A DNA stretch of 63,940 bases, filler included, from Octopus bimaculoides (GCF_001194135.2; 9 parts of 6 records of this genome joined end to end with filler, not necessarily neighbours in it); one strand, 5' to 3'. Shown: positions 51,815-63,420, numbered from the whole stretch's first letter. Notes: a model not told the origin generated them from the letters alone. Made by a program: numbers and translations.

Positions 51815-52434
51815 ATATATATTATACTAATAAAGGAGTTACGACGCAAAAACGTATATATTAAATGAACATATTTATCTTCAATATATATTTTAGTATA
51901 AAGAATTCATTAAGAGACTTAATAAATCAAAATTCCTTTACACATCTTCAAATATATATATATATATATATACATATACACACACACGTACATACAGGTA
52001 TATCGAAATGTCATGTGTGTATGTATGTAATGTATCTCTATGTCTAACTGTACGCATACTTGTGTATATATATGCGCAAACAATAACACATCTACATGCA
52101 CGCGCACAAATACATTTGAATTAATTACAATCAGCCCTTTAATGTTAATAGCAAACTAGTGACAAATCATTATGTTAACGACTAACTACAAGCAAAGACG
52201 GCAAACGTAGACAAAATAATAATTGGTTAAAATGAATTTAGACAGGGAATCTAGTATGGAATAAATCTAATCTGTAGCAGTACGTGACAACTTCCGACAT
52301 ATTTCAGTCTAATTAGACCTCGTCAGGGAAGCATATTATAACAGTTATAGCAACATCATGAAATGACTAGGGAGAAATATACTGAATGGTTGTAATAACT
52401 TAAAATAATGATTAGGTGGTGGTGATGGTGGTAG

Positions 52435-52865
52435 GGACGAATTGGCAGAATGGTTTGGCCTTTGGATAGAAAACCTCGCTGTTTATTCTGGCTCCATGCG
52501 CTCTCAGTTCAAATCCCGCCAAAGCTTATGCTGCCTTTCATTGTAAGGGTCGATAGAAAAAATGGTGAGCTAACAGAATCGTTAGCACGCCGGATGAAAT
52601 GCTTAGCGGTATTTCGTCTGTCTTTACGTTCAGAGTTCTAATTCCGCCGAGGTCGACTTTGCTTTTCATCCTCTCGGAGTCAATAAATTAAGTACCAGTT
52701 GCGTACTGGGTCGATCTAATCAACTGGCCCCCTCCCTCCAATTTTTTTTTTTCATTATTATTATTGTCTGCAGTTACAGTTACGTTTAGAGTTCAAATTC
52801 CGCCGAGGTTGACTTTGCTTTTCAACCTTTCGGGGAATGAAATTCTGGGGTCGATGTAATCGACT
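52435..52865 (+). mobile_element. Three tandem SINE C pieces (52435-52560, 52565-52735, 52780-52865)
   Basis: Repeated gttcaaat(t)ccgcc.agg..gact/tgcttttca modules. Confidence 0.7.
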
Positions 52866-52936
52866 ATCGTTTCCCTCAAATCTTCTTCTTCTTCTTCTTC
52901 TTCTTCTTCTTCTTCTTCTTCTTCTTCTTCTTCTTC

Positions 52937-53036
52937 NNNNNNNNNNNNNNNNNNNNNNNNNNNNNNNNNNNNNNNNNNNNTTAATTAATTAANNNNNNNN
53001 NNNNNNNNNNNNNNNNNNNNNNNNNNNNNNNNNNNN
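52937..53036. other. Artificial scaffold join
   Basis: 44N-TTAATTAATTAA-44N. Confidence 0.95.
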
Positions 53037-53039
53037 TGT

Positions 53040-53271
53040 GCGGGTGGCACATAAAAGACACCATTTCGAGCGTGGCCGTTTTCGTGCGGATGACACGTAA
53101 AAGCACCCACTACACTCCCTGAGTGGTTGGCATTAGGAAGGGCATCCAGCTGTAGAAACTCTGCCAAATTAGATTGGAGCCTGGTGTTGCCATCCGGTTT
53201 CACTAGTCCTCAGTTAAATCGTCCAACCCATGCTAGCATGGAAAGCGGACGTTAAACGGTGATGATGATGA
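53040..53271 (+). mobile_element. RTE-tail family E with (GAT)n end
   Basis: Colinear with the tail of 16811-17110. Confidence 0.75.
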
Positions 53272-53424
53272 AAGTAGTTGTATACTGCCAACTTAACGTG
53301 ACAGTCCCAATAAGGGAATATACTACTGCTGTTTAGCCCTAGGAAGCCAGACCGCTTCCTATTAGGCTTTGACACATTTCCTGTGCCCTTGCCCATGCAT
53401 ATCTATAGATAGATTTTCACATAT

Positions 53425-54271
53425 ATGGTCTGATTAATAAGTATCCAGACTGTTGCCATAGTAACGAAACTAAAGTACACAGTAAAGCCGCTTGGAACAG
53501 ATTGACCTTGAACTCTGCTGTGCATGTGCACTAAGTTTTAACATTCTAGCTCACTTCGGCTGTTTACAGCAGTGTTAGGAAGGAAGGTGTGTAGAGTGTG
53601 ATTGTCGCATTGACCATGACAATGTTGAACAGAGAATCTGAATCAAATTTTGCCAAAAGCTTTGCAATACATACTCAGAGACTTACGCAAAGCTTTCAAA
53701 AAGTTTTCATTGTTCTCGACACAATCAAGATCTTCTGCAACTGAAACCCGAGTATCTTTTTGGTCAGCTGAAAGCAGTTTTGGCACAAACTTGGTAGACA
53801 CATGTCTCATACCCAAATCTTCAGTGATAATGGACTGAACTGAACCGTAACTAATCTGCACATCCTCTGATAACTCACAGATGGTGATTCGACGATTTCC
53901 CCTCACCACTGCATGTACATCTGAAATATTTGTTTTAGTTCTGCTGGCTGAAGGTCTCTGAGAACATTCGACATGTTTTCAGCCATCTTGGAAACATCTG
54001 AACCACTCATACATTCATGTGCAACACTCCTCTCCATACACTTTCTACAACCTTGTGTAGGCCTCTGAGCAGGTATCATCATGACAACTTTCTCCGTCAT
54101 TATCAATGCGATGATCACGTGCTACACACCTTCCCTCCAAGCACTGTTGTAAACAGTAGAAGTGAGCATGCACAACAGAGTTCAAGATCAATCTTTGCCA
54201 AGCAGCTTCATTCTGCATGCTTTAGCTTTGTTACTATGGCAACAGCTCAGATACTTATTGATCAGACCTCT
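53425..54271 (-). mobile_element. Internally deleted mariner element
   Basis: ~45-bp TIRs (ggtctgat.aataagtatc...ctgttgccatagtaac.aa.ctaaag) next to TA. Transposase N-terminus RRITICELSEDVQISYGSVQSIITEDLGMRHVSTKFVPKLL; DDD domain missing. Confidence 0.85.
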
Positions 54272-54280
54272 TATACACAT

Positions 54281-54333
<53 letters not shown>

Positions 54334-54635
54334 TATCATTTATACATCATTACACATGTTTCATTTACTAATAGGAATTAAAAGTTTTACACATTCAATA
54401 AACATGTAAGGAACTTCCTGTTAGAAATTCTTCAGACAGAGAAATTATTGTTTATGAAATCAGCATACGATTTCTGCAGAAATCTTATAAATTGACAAGG
54501 TGAGCTGATTGAGAGCCATTGACGAGCATTAAGGTGTGTTAAGCATCAAAATGTAAAGTCATCAATGATCTGGCTATATCTGCTGCCATAGGGAGCTTGT
54601 CTCCCCTGCCAGTCATTCAGATAGTGCTTTCTGTA

Positions 54636-54805
54636 GCTTGACAACCGATGCTGGTGTGTTCACACCCATGTAACTTAGCGGTGCAGCAAAAAAACCGATA
54701 GAATAAGTACTAGGCTTACAAAGAATAAGTCCTAGGGTCGATTTGCTCAACTAAAGGTGGTGCTCCAGCATGGCCACAGTCAAATGACTGAAAAGAGTAA
54801 AAGAA
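54636..54805 (+). mobile_element. SINE family B, 3' half
   Basis: gcttgacaaccgatgctggtgtgtt...ccagcatggccacagtcaaatgactgaa. Confidence 0.8.
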
Positions 54806-54854
54806 TATACATACATATACGCATATATACACACACAAACACAGAAGATAATGA

Positions 54855-54905
<51 letters not shown>

Positions 54906-55005
54906 NNNNNNNNNNNNNNNNNNNNNNNNNNNNNNNNNNNNNNNNNNNNTTAATTAATTAANNNNNNNNNNNNNNNNNNNNNNNNNNNNNNNNNNNNNNN
55001 NNNNN
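54906..55005. other. Artificial scaffold join
   Basis: 44N-TTAATTAATTAA-44N. Confidence 0.95.
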
Positions 55006-55061
<56 letters not shown>

Positions 55062-55703
55062 CAGTGTTAACTTATAAACAAAAACTAAAGCCAGAATCTG
55101 CATTGCAGTAGAATATTGAAACACAACAGTTTTTACGCATTAGTAATAAATAATTCATTAAAAGAAAAAACTACGCAAATATATCGTTGTAATCTGTTTT
55201 ACACAATTACTGGAAAAGTAAATTGTGTAAAGAGCTACGGAACAGAAAACGCCCAATGAATAAATCAATATGACACAAAGACGAACATATGTCTTCATTA
55301 AATAACAAACATATACAATAAATGCTTCCACGCTGGTGTGCATCACCGAATATATTTATAGGTTTTAGTAAACTCTAAGCAGATTAAAAACCGTACGCTG
55401 CCTCTGGGAAACCGACAGGGAGCGACACTGAGAAGATGGGGTGTTTTTATACTTTTGACCTAACAGCGAATTTTTTACTCCACGATAAGTGCAGGGAATT
55501 TACCTTTAGCATATGAAATGTGTTACAAATTTATTTTAACTGACCTAAAGTTCGCTTATACCTGAACACTCAGGGCGCTGATGCTGCTGAATTTCTTCCG
55601 ACCTGGTGGTTAATGCTGTCAATGTTGTTCTAATGGAGAGGGACCATGAGAAAGATGACAAAGAGAAATTTGGTGCGAAGCTATATGTGCACCTAGTAAT
55701 GTA

Positions 55704-55931
55704 TAGGGTTGTGCGGAAAGTTCGTGCCGATTTTTAAAGGAAAGAAAAAGGTCAATAAATACTTGCCATTACATTTTTAATCAACCAAATATGAACCATT
55801 TTGTTGCACAATGCGTCACCATCTTTCCTTTAACTTGAAAATACCTTCTTCCCGGAACTGAGGTGGTTTCATGGCAAATAGGTCCAAAGGTAAGCTACTA
55901 TAAACCGGCACGAACTTTCCGGACAACCCAA
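55704..55931 (-). mobile_element. Mariner-derived MITE (228 bp)
   Basis: TA|tagggttgtgcggaaagttcgtgccg ... cggcacgaactttccggacaacccaa|TA. Retains the transposase end EEGIFKLKERW*RIVQQNGSY on the minus strand. Confidence 0.85.
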
Positions 55932-56190
55932 TAGTTGTTAGCTCTGACTTCGTCAAATGCTTTGGCATCAATAGATTGTGGGTAGTAGTGATTAAGGAAT
56001 GAGATTGTGTCTCATTGGATTTAGCCTAGACGTTGAAGATTTTGCTGCAGAATCAGTGGGGTTGAGAGGAATTGGAAATATGGTGGATTCGGTAATGATG
56101 GACCGATAGCGAAAATAGTTGACATACGAGTGAGAATTGGTGAACTTACATTAGAGATGGGGAAAAAAGATATTAGAAGCAAAAGAGATA

Positions 56191-56412
56191 TTCTTTTTAC
56201 TCTTTTATTTGTTTCAGTCATTTGACTGCGGCCATGCTGGAGCACCGCCTTTTAGTCGAACAAATCGACCCCAGGACTTATTCTTTGTAAGCCTAGAACT
56301 TATTCTATCGGTCTCTCTTGTCGAACCGCTTCGTGACGGGGACGTAAACACACCAGCATCGGTTGTCAAGCGATGTTGGGGGGACAAACATAGACACACA
56401 AACACACACACG

Positions 56413-56489
<77 letters not shown>

Positions 56490-56651
56490 GACGGGCTTCT
56501 TTTAGTTTCCGTCTACCAAATCCACTCACAAGGCTTTGGTAGGCCCGAGGCTATAGTATAAGACACTTATCCAAGGTGCCACGCAGTCGGACTGAACCCG
56601 GAGCCATGTGGTTAGTAAGCAAGCTACTTACCACACAACCACTCCTGCGCA
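56191..56651 (-). mobile_element. SINE family B, full length with expanded internal (CA)/(TA)
   Basis: Reverse complement of 9060-9455. Confidence 0.9.
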
Positions 56652-57247
56652 TATGTCTAGAAAACTGATGAAAATACATTTACAAGTGCTTTACGTTTAC
56701 CTTTATCTCCTCTCTTGCACTTTGTCCTTTTATGTACTTAGTTGAACAAATAAACAAGCAAAAACATGGCATTTTTAGACAAGGAGTTAATCCCAAAATT
56801 AATTCTTCTTCTTATATGACATATCCAAACTCAATGTTGTTAACTGTGTTTTAGTTAACGCTACGGCTTTAATTCTGCCAAGAGTTACCTCTCTTCGGTA
56901 TTTCCCATGGATAACGGCAAAAGAGCTAGAAACACTGTGCCTGCGAATCAAACAGAGAACAATACTGTGTAGATATAGTGTTTATAAAACTTTTCCCCAC
57001 AATAGAGGGTTTTGTTTCTACGGTAACGGCAGTGAATTGCTTTTAGACGTTGAAACATGTCACAAACATATTTTAACTAACAAAGTTCGATTATATTTTT
57101 TTCAAATGACTTCTATATTAGAAGCTATTTATCTTTATTTCTATTTATTTTGACTAACGAGATTTATGTCAATCGGTTAATAAAATATTCAACTTGACTT
57201 TTGTACAAACTGCTTTGTTTCTAAGTCATTTACAAAGCTCAACTTTA

Positions 57248-57282
57248 AGAATAAGTCCTGAGGTCGATTTCTTCGACTAAAA

Positions 57283-57315
<33 letters not shown>

Positions 57316-57500
57316 AATATATATATATACATATATACGACGGGCATCTTTCAGTTTCCGTCTATCAAATCCACACATACGACTTTGGTTGGCCCGAGGC
57401 TATAGCAGAAGACACATGCCCAAAGTGCCACGCAGTGGGACTGAACTCCGAACCATGTGGTTGGAAAGCAAGCTTCTTACCACACAACCACGGCTGCGCC
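57248..57500 (-). mobile_element. SINE family B, internally deleted
   Basis: Head and microsatellite present; 3' half shortened. Confidence 0.8.
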
Positions 57501-57501
57501 T

Positions 57502-57554
<53 letters not shown>

Positions 57555-57654
57555 NNNNNNNNNNNNNNNNNNNNNNNNNNNNNNNNNNNNNNNNNNNNTT
57601 AATTAATTAANNNNNNNNNNNNNNNNNNNNNNNNNNNNNNNNNNNNNNNNNNNN
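57555..57654. other. Artificial scaffold join
   Basis: 44N-TTAATTAATTAA-44N. Confidence 0.95.
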
Positions 57655-57697
<43 letters not shown>

Positions 57698-57840
57698 GCG
57701 TTTATGTATTCGTTTTGCAAGATTCATGATGTGACTTCGTGTGTTGAAACAGATATTTTTTGTATTTGTGATGGTCATGTTACCAGTTTAGCCAATGAAA
57801 ACACATTTGCTTCAGCTTTATTTCATATTAATCCTATTTC

Positions 57841-57885
57841 GGACAGCGTTCTTTCGTCACACTTTTGTGACCTCATCAGTGGTCC
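57841..57885 (-). ncRNA. Degenerate hammerhead ribozyme
   Basis: ggacca-CTGATGA-g-GTCAC(aaaagt)GTGAC-GAAA-gaacgc-tgtcc: core and stem II intact, stem III disrupted. Confidence 0.45.
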
Positions 57886-58212
57886 TTTGCTTTCTTTATT
57901 TTTTGTTGTCTCCCCCTTCCTAACGATCTGCCATTTTGTATTCCTGTTGTATGTGTCTTTATTTGCGCATGCGTTCATCCTTGTGTCTACGTTTAGCGTG
58001 TGTGGAGATGTGTATGGTACCTGCATTATCCCCAGTTTATTCACATTCGTTTAATTTAATTTCATTTATTTGTTTTATCAACTAACTTTTTCATTTCGTT
58101 CTTTTTTGTATTAATTTAATTTAATTTAAGTTATTATATTTTGTTCATGTCCATAATTATTTAATTCGATTTATTTATCTGTCTGTTGTATTAGTTTCAT
58201 ATTATTTATTAG

Positions 58213-58424
58213 TTATTATTATTATTATTATTGTTATTGTTCAGTAGTTTTATTTTTATAACGTGCTTTCACTTCACTACCGAGCGCAGCTCTGTGTGCC
58301 TTGGGTATGTGCTGTGGTTTGCTGTGGTTTGCTGTGATGCTCTTACGGTTACTGTATTGAAAGTGTTTTGCGTAGGATGTGTGCAGTGCCCAGTAGTGCA
58401 ATTTTCTGTATGTTATATATATTT
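58213..58424 (-). mobile_element. 5'-truncated R4/Dong-type (RLE) LINE: ORF end, 3' UTR, (AAT)n tail
   Basis: ..[28 protein letters not shown] (stop 58349-58351), similar to the QK..LLGTA.ILR end of R4-clade ORFs; ends in (aat)n. Confidence 0.8.
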
Positions 58425-59283
58425 GTAAGTCCTGGTGTTTTCGTAAGTCCTGGTGTCTTTGTAAGTCCTGGTGTTTTTGTAAGTCCTGGTGTTTTAGTAA
58501 GTCCTGGTGTTTTTTGTAAGTCTTGGTGTTTTTGTAAGTCCTGGTGTTTTAGTAAGTCCTGGTGTTTTTGTAAGTCCTGGTGTTTTAGTAAGTCCTGGTG
58601 TTTTTGTAAGTCCTGGTGTTTTTGTAAGTCCTGGTGTTTTAGTAAGTCCTGGTGTTTTAGTAAGTCCTGGTGTTTTTGTAAGTCCTGGTGTTTTTGTAAG
58701 TCTTGGTGTTTTTGTAAGTCCTGGTGTTTTTGTAAGTCCTGGTGTTTTTNNNNNNNNNNNNNNNNNNNNNNNNNNNNNNNNNNNNNNNNNNNNNNNNNNN
58801 NNNNNNNNNNNNNNNNNNNNNNNNNNNNNNNNNNNNNNNNNNNNNNNNNNNNNNNNNNNNNNNNNNNNNNNNNNNNNNNNNNNNNNNNNNNNNNNNNNNN
58901 NNNNNNNNNNNNNNNNNNNNNNNNNNNNNNNNNNNNNNNNNNNNNNNNNNNNNNNNNNNNNNNNNNNNNNNNNNNNNNNNNNNNNNNNNNNNNNNNNNNN
59001 NNNNNNNNNNNNNNNNNNNNGTCCTGGTGTTTTTGTAAGTCCTGGTGTTTTTGTAAGTCTTGGTGTTTTTGTAAGTCCTGGTGTTTTTGTAAGTCCTGGT
59101 GTTTTAGTAAGTCCTGGTGTTTTTGTAAGTCCTGGTGTTTTTGTAAGTCCTGGTGTTTTAGTAAGTCCTGGTGTTTTAGTAAGTCCTGGTGTTTTTGTAA
59201 GTCCTGGTGTTTTTGTAAGTCTTGGTGTTTTTGTAAGTCCTGGTGTTTTTGTAAGTCCTGGTGTTTTTTATGTAAGTCCTGGT
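58425..59283. repeat. 18-bp minisatellite GTAAGTCCTGGTGTTTTT (minus strand codes TKTPGL)
   Basis: About 18 units before and 15 after a 271-N gap, with four substitution variants and two indel units. Confidence 0.95.
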
Positions 59284-59640
59284 AGGCTAGGTTTATCTTC
59301 TATTATGCATGTAACTTCCATAATTTGTCTAAGCGTTGCGTCCGTTCTATGTGTGGACATGATTTTAACTTCTATCTTGTTGAGTGGGCTCACGTGTTCC
59401 CGCTCAGCGTGCTGATATAGAATCGATGAGCTCTTCTCTTCCTTAAGTTCCCTCTAATGCTCATTTACCCGCTTTCCTATTCACCGTGCTGTCTCCCCTA
59501 TGTACATCGTTATCTTGTTTCTGCACCATCTGTCTGTACATCTTATTTTATAGACTACATTCCTAGCTTTACCGTTTATTTGTTGACTAAATGTACATAT
59601 AATACAGTTCCTATCACTACAGGGGGACCGATTAAGGATT
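59284..59640 (-). mobile_element. Penelope-like GIY-YIG endonuclease pseudogene
   Basis: PCSDRNCIIC..ARNVVYKIRC..MYIGETAR*IGKRVNEH*..ILYQH..KIMSTHRTDATLRQIMEVTCIIEDKPSL; two in-frame stops. Confidence 0.85.
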
Positions 59641-60479
59641 TAATAATGTTACGTTTGCATAAAACTTAATCAGCGTGTCGCTAAATTATGTATGTTTAAA
59701 AAGTGTGTCACTAAACGGAAGAGTTTGGAAAATACTGTGTTAGATAAATAGATGAGATGAGAATGGCTGAAAATGTTTTTTTGTTTTTTTTTTGTATTTA
59801 GCCCTACTTAAACGCGGATGTTAAATTAGAACCAACTTTACTATGGTAGTTACTATGAGAAAATCTTTCATATTCGCTATTTGGTGTAAGATACACTCTT
59901 ACTTATATCGCAAACGGAGAGATACTTTCGGTATCGGGACCACCAGATCATGTGATTTCAACCTTGTTTGGTCTTGTCAATGAAAAACACTCGACTGCTA
60001 GAGGCTGCAGTGATATATAGATTGTTAGTGTTATTAGCTAGTGGGCTTGTGAAGAAATTATATATTAGCGATAGAGGTAGTATTTATACTGAGAGGTAAT
60101 ATCCACAGTTAAACGTGGATATTCTGTTAGAACAAAATTTACTGCTTTTATGATATATTTGGTGGGTACAAATTGGGTTACAGAATAAAACTTCTATAAA
60201 ACTGGTTATATGTTGGTAAAACATAAAGCGTCGGAGAAAATGATTTGCAGTAATTGTTCCCGATTTCTACGTTGTGAATTGAAATCCATCCGAGGTCTAA
60301 ATTACCTGTCATCCCACTTTCATAAAATATATATATCAGGCGGGTAGATGTAAAAGACATACCAGGCTAGAATTGTTAGAATATTTACCTTTCCAGTTTG
60401 CCTTCAGTGACACTGGTGCAAAGCTTTATTAGCCCTTGCCTTATGCGTGTACGTAAGTACATACTTACGAATGTATGTA

Positions 60480-60900
60480 GAGTCTTCTCTTTTTCCTTTT
60501 AATTTTAGAGGAAATTTTGCCCGGCCACTTACCTGATAGCATGGTTGTATAGGAAAGAATTTTGTTTCAACCATCATCCTTTAAATTTTAAAAAGTTATT
60601 GTAGGTTTTTATAGTTCCTGATACTGTGATCATCTGTAGCACATGAGTTAAGAATTTGCATTCTCTCACAAAGACCCCCCAAATTCAGCCATACTTTGCT
60701 CCAGGCGGGTTAGTATGTATCCTGGCGCTCTAATAATGATAGGTATAAAGTTGAAAGTGTATCTTGAGTACTGGATTAGAAAACTCCTTATAAATAGTGC
60801 GTAGATGTCCTCTTTTTCTTGTATTTTTCTAATCACATTGGTGTCCAGAGAGTTGTCGATTTCCACAACAGCATGTATCTTTTTTTAGTTTGTGTATGTC
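60480..60900 (-). mobile_element. Decayed RLE-type non-LTR retrotransposon C-terminus plus 3' UTR
   Basis: VVEID..LDTNVIRKIQEKEDIYA...FIPIIIRAPGY...QMITVSGTIK-like segment. Confidence 0.65.
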
Positions 60901-61129
60901 TGAGTTTTATTCAAGGTTTTCTTGAGAGAGTTCAAGCCGGTCGCTAACAAAGCGACAAGACTTTCAGAGTTAAGAGAGTTCCCGGTGTTTATAAATCTGT
61001 GGTTGAGTTGGTGTGTTTGTTGAACTGCTGATAAATACATCCAAATATGTGCATGTATTCACATAAGGATCTCAGATGGAGAATTTTGGGAATATCTTAT
61101 AAATCTTTGTCGTGTCACTAAGATTGGAT

Positions 61130-61597
61130 TTCGAAGAAACCGCGTTAGTTTCTTTCGCCAAGTATTTCTGTGTGCCAATTTTTTGATGCATAGCTTAATG
61201 CACCTATGATGATAGGTACAAACGAGAATTCATATTCAGGGTTCAAGAACTGTAAGTTCTGCATTAATTCGCCATAAATGTTCTCTTTTTCCTACGCTTT
61301 TGATTGTACATTCACATCCACTGGACAGCTGACCTCTACAACAGTGCATGACATTTGTTTCTTGTCTCACAAAACAATATCAGATCTGTTTATGTTTGCA
61401 CCGAATTGCTGCTTTTAAAAACAAGGAATACTTGTGAAGCACCCCAAGGTCCTTCACAAGTATACCTTGTTTCTAAAGGTGTGGCTACCTACTGGTTCTG
61501 AAATGCTTTTGATGTATATGTCAGGGCAGTCTTTCCTGCAGAGAGCATTGTGAAAAATATCTTTGCAACTATATCATACCTTAGGGGAAGGAAGTAG

Positions 61598-61600
<3 letters not shown>
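61130..61600 (-). mobile_element. Second decayed RLE-type LINE fragment
   Basis: YYFLPLRYDIVAK...CTVVEVSCPVDVNV..KENIYGELMQNLQFLNPEYEFSFVPIIIGALSY. Confidence 0.7.
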
Positions 61601-61631
<31 letters not shown>

Positions 61632-61767
61632 TGTATGTATGTATGTATGTATGTATGTTTGTATGTGTGTATGCATGCATGTATGTATGTATGCATGCAT
61701 GTATGTATGTATGTATGTGTGCGCGTTTATGTATGTTCATTTGTATATATGCACATATGTATGTATA

Positions 61768-61803
<36 letters not shown>

Positions 61804-61924
61804 GTGTATGGGTGCGTGTTCATATTAGTGTGTGTATGCATGAGTTTATGCGTGTATGCTTATGTATAACTGTTTCTCTCTGTCTGACTCCCTGTCTATC
61901 TATCTACACGCATATACATATATA

Positions 61925-62160
61925 TGCCTATTTCTTTACTGCCCACAAGGGGCTACACACAGAGGGGACAAACAAGGACAGACAAACGGATTAAGTCGAT
62001 TATATCGACCCCAGTGCGTAACTGGTACTTAATTTATCGACCCCGAAAGGATGAAAGGCAAAGTCGACCTCGGCGGAATTTGAACTCAGAACGTAACAGC
62101 AGATGAAATACCGCTAAGCATTTCGCCCGACGTGCTAACGTTTCTGCCAGCTGCCGCCTT
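61925..62160 (-). mobile_element. tRNA-head SINE family C, full length
   Basis: Minus head ggcggcagctggcagaaacgttagcacg...gagttcaaattccgccgaggtcgac; tail gtgggcagtaaagaaatagg. Confidence 0.85.
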
Positions 62161-62719
62161 ACATATATATGCGTGTGTGTGTACGTGTATATGTATGTGT
62201 ATGTGTGTGTGCGCGCGTGTGTATGAGTTCCTTTGTATTTGAGTTTGTGTGTTTATATGTGTGTGTATGTACACATGCACATATTGCATAGGAATTTCCA
62301 ATATTTTGTGGGTTTATATTTTCTTATATTAATCCTTAAAAAACTTTCGCATCAAGTACACACACGCACGCACACACACACAAACATACACACACAAACA
62401 CACAAATACACATACACGCACACACACATCCATTCTCTCAATCACTCACATCATCATTTTCGCTTTCGTTGTATTTTCTATATTTTTTTTGTTCTTGTTA
62501 TAAATGTTAGAGTGAGGTGTGGGAGTCTGTTAAAAAGTGGAGTGATTTTCTCCTAAGGAACGGGAAAATTCATTATGACTCACGGCAATTAATCATCTTC
62601 GTATGATAAATATCGCTTCTTAAACCCCGAGCAAAATAACAAGCGGCGATGGCTAGTAGAAACATGTAATCTGCATACTGCGTGATGCGTGCGTGCGAAC
62701 ATATGCGTGTGTATGTAAT

Positions 62720-62790
<71 letters not shown>

Positions 62791-62890
62791 NNNNNNNNNN
62801 NNNNNNNNNNNNNNNNNNNNNNNNNNNNNNNNNNTTAATTAATTAANNNNNNNNNNNNNNNNNNNNNNNNNNNNNNNNNNNNNNNNNNNN
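62791..62890. other. Artificial scaffold join
   Basis: 44N-TTAATTAATTAA-44N. Confidence 0.95.
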
Positions 62891-63383
62891 CGTTTTTATC
62901 CGCACACTTCGTTAAATTCCGTAAAAAATTTATTTATTTACTTTTTGCAGGCCGAGTTCATTTCCATGTATTTGTAGTCAGTCACATACGCACGTGTTAT
63001 TGTATGTATGTTTGTATACATTTATGCATGTGTGTGTGTGAGAGAGAGAGAGTGAAAGGATGTGTTGTCATGCATACATACATCTTTTTTCTATGCATGG
63101 AAGTGCGAGACAGAGAGAGTGATGGCTAAGTGGCACTCACACATACAAACAAAAAGATGTATGCACGGCGATCTTACGCCGTATGCATGTTTATGTATGT
63201 ACATATACATGACAACACAATCCTTCGCTCACACATCCATTTCATATACACATACATACATCTTTCACTTTAAAACAAAAGTAAATAAAAATTTTTACGG
63301 AAATTAACGAACAAAACCATTTGTTCTCTTTGACATTTCTGAGACAACTGAAAGATGGCATTCTTTACCATGACAAAAATGCC

Positions 63384-63420
<37 letters not shown>

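Noticed and set aside
58368-59415. Plus-strand VSPGVF and KSWCFC repeat proteins
   Set aside because: They are alternative readings of the minisatellite; the ancestral coding frame is on the minus strand.
29-63307. Many long ORFs in the track (YIYI, HTHT, VCVC, poly-K/L/S/R/V/Y, poly-X)
   Set aside because: They are translations of microsatellites and N runs, not genes.
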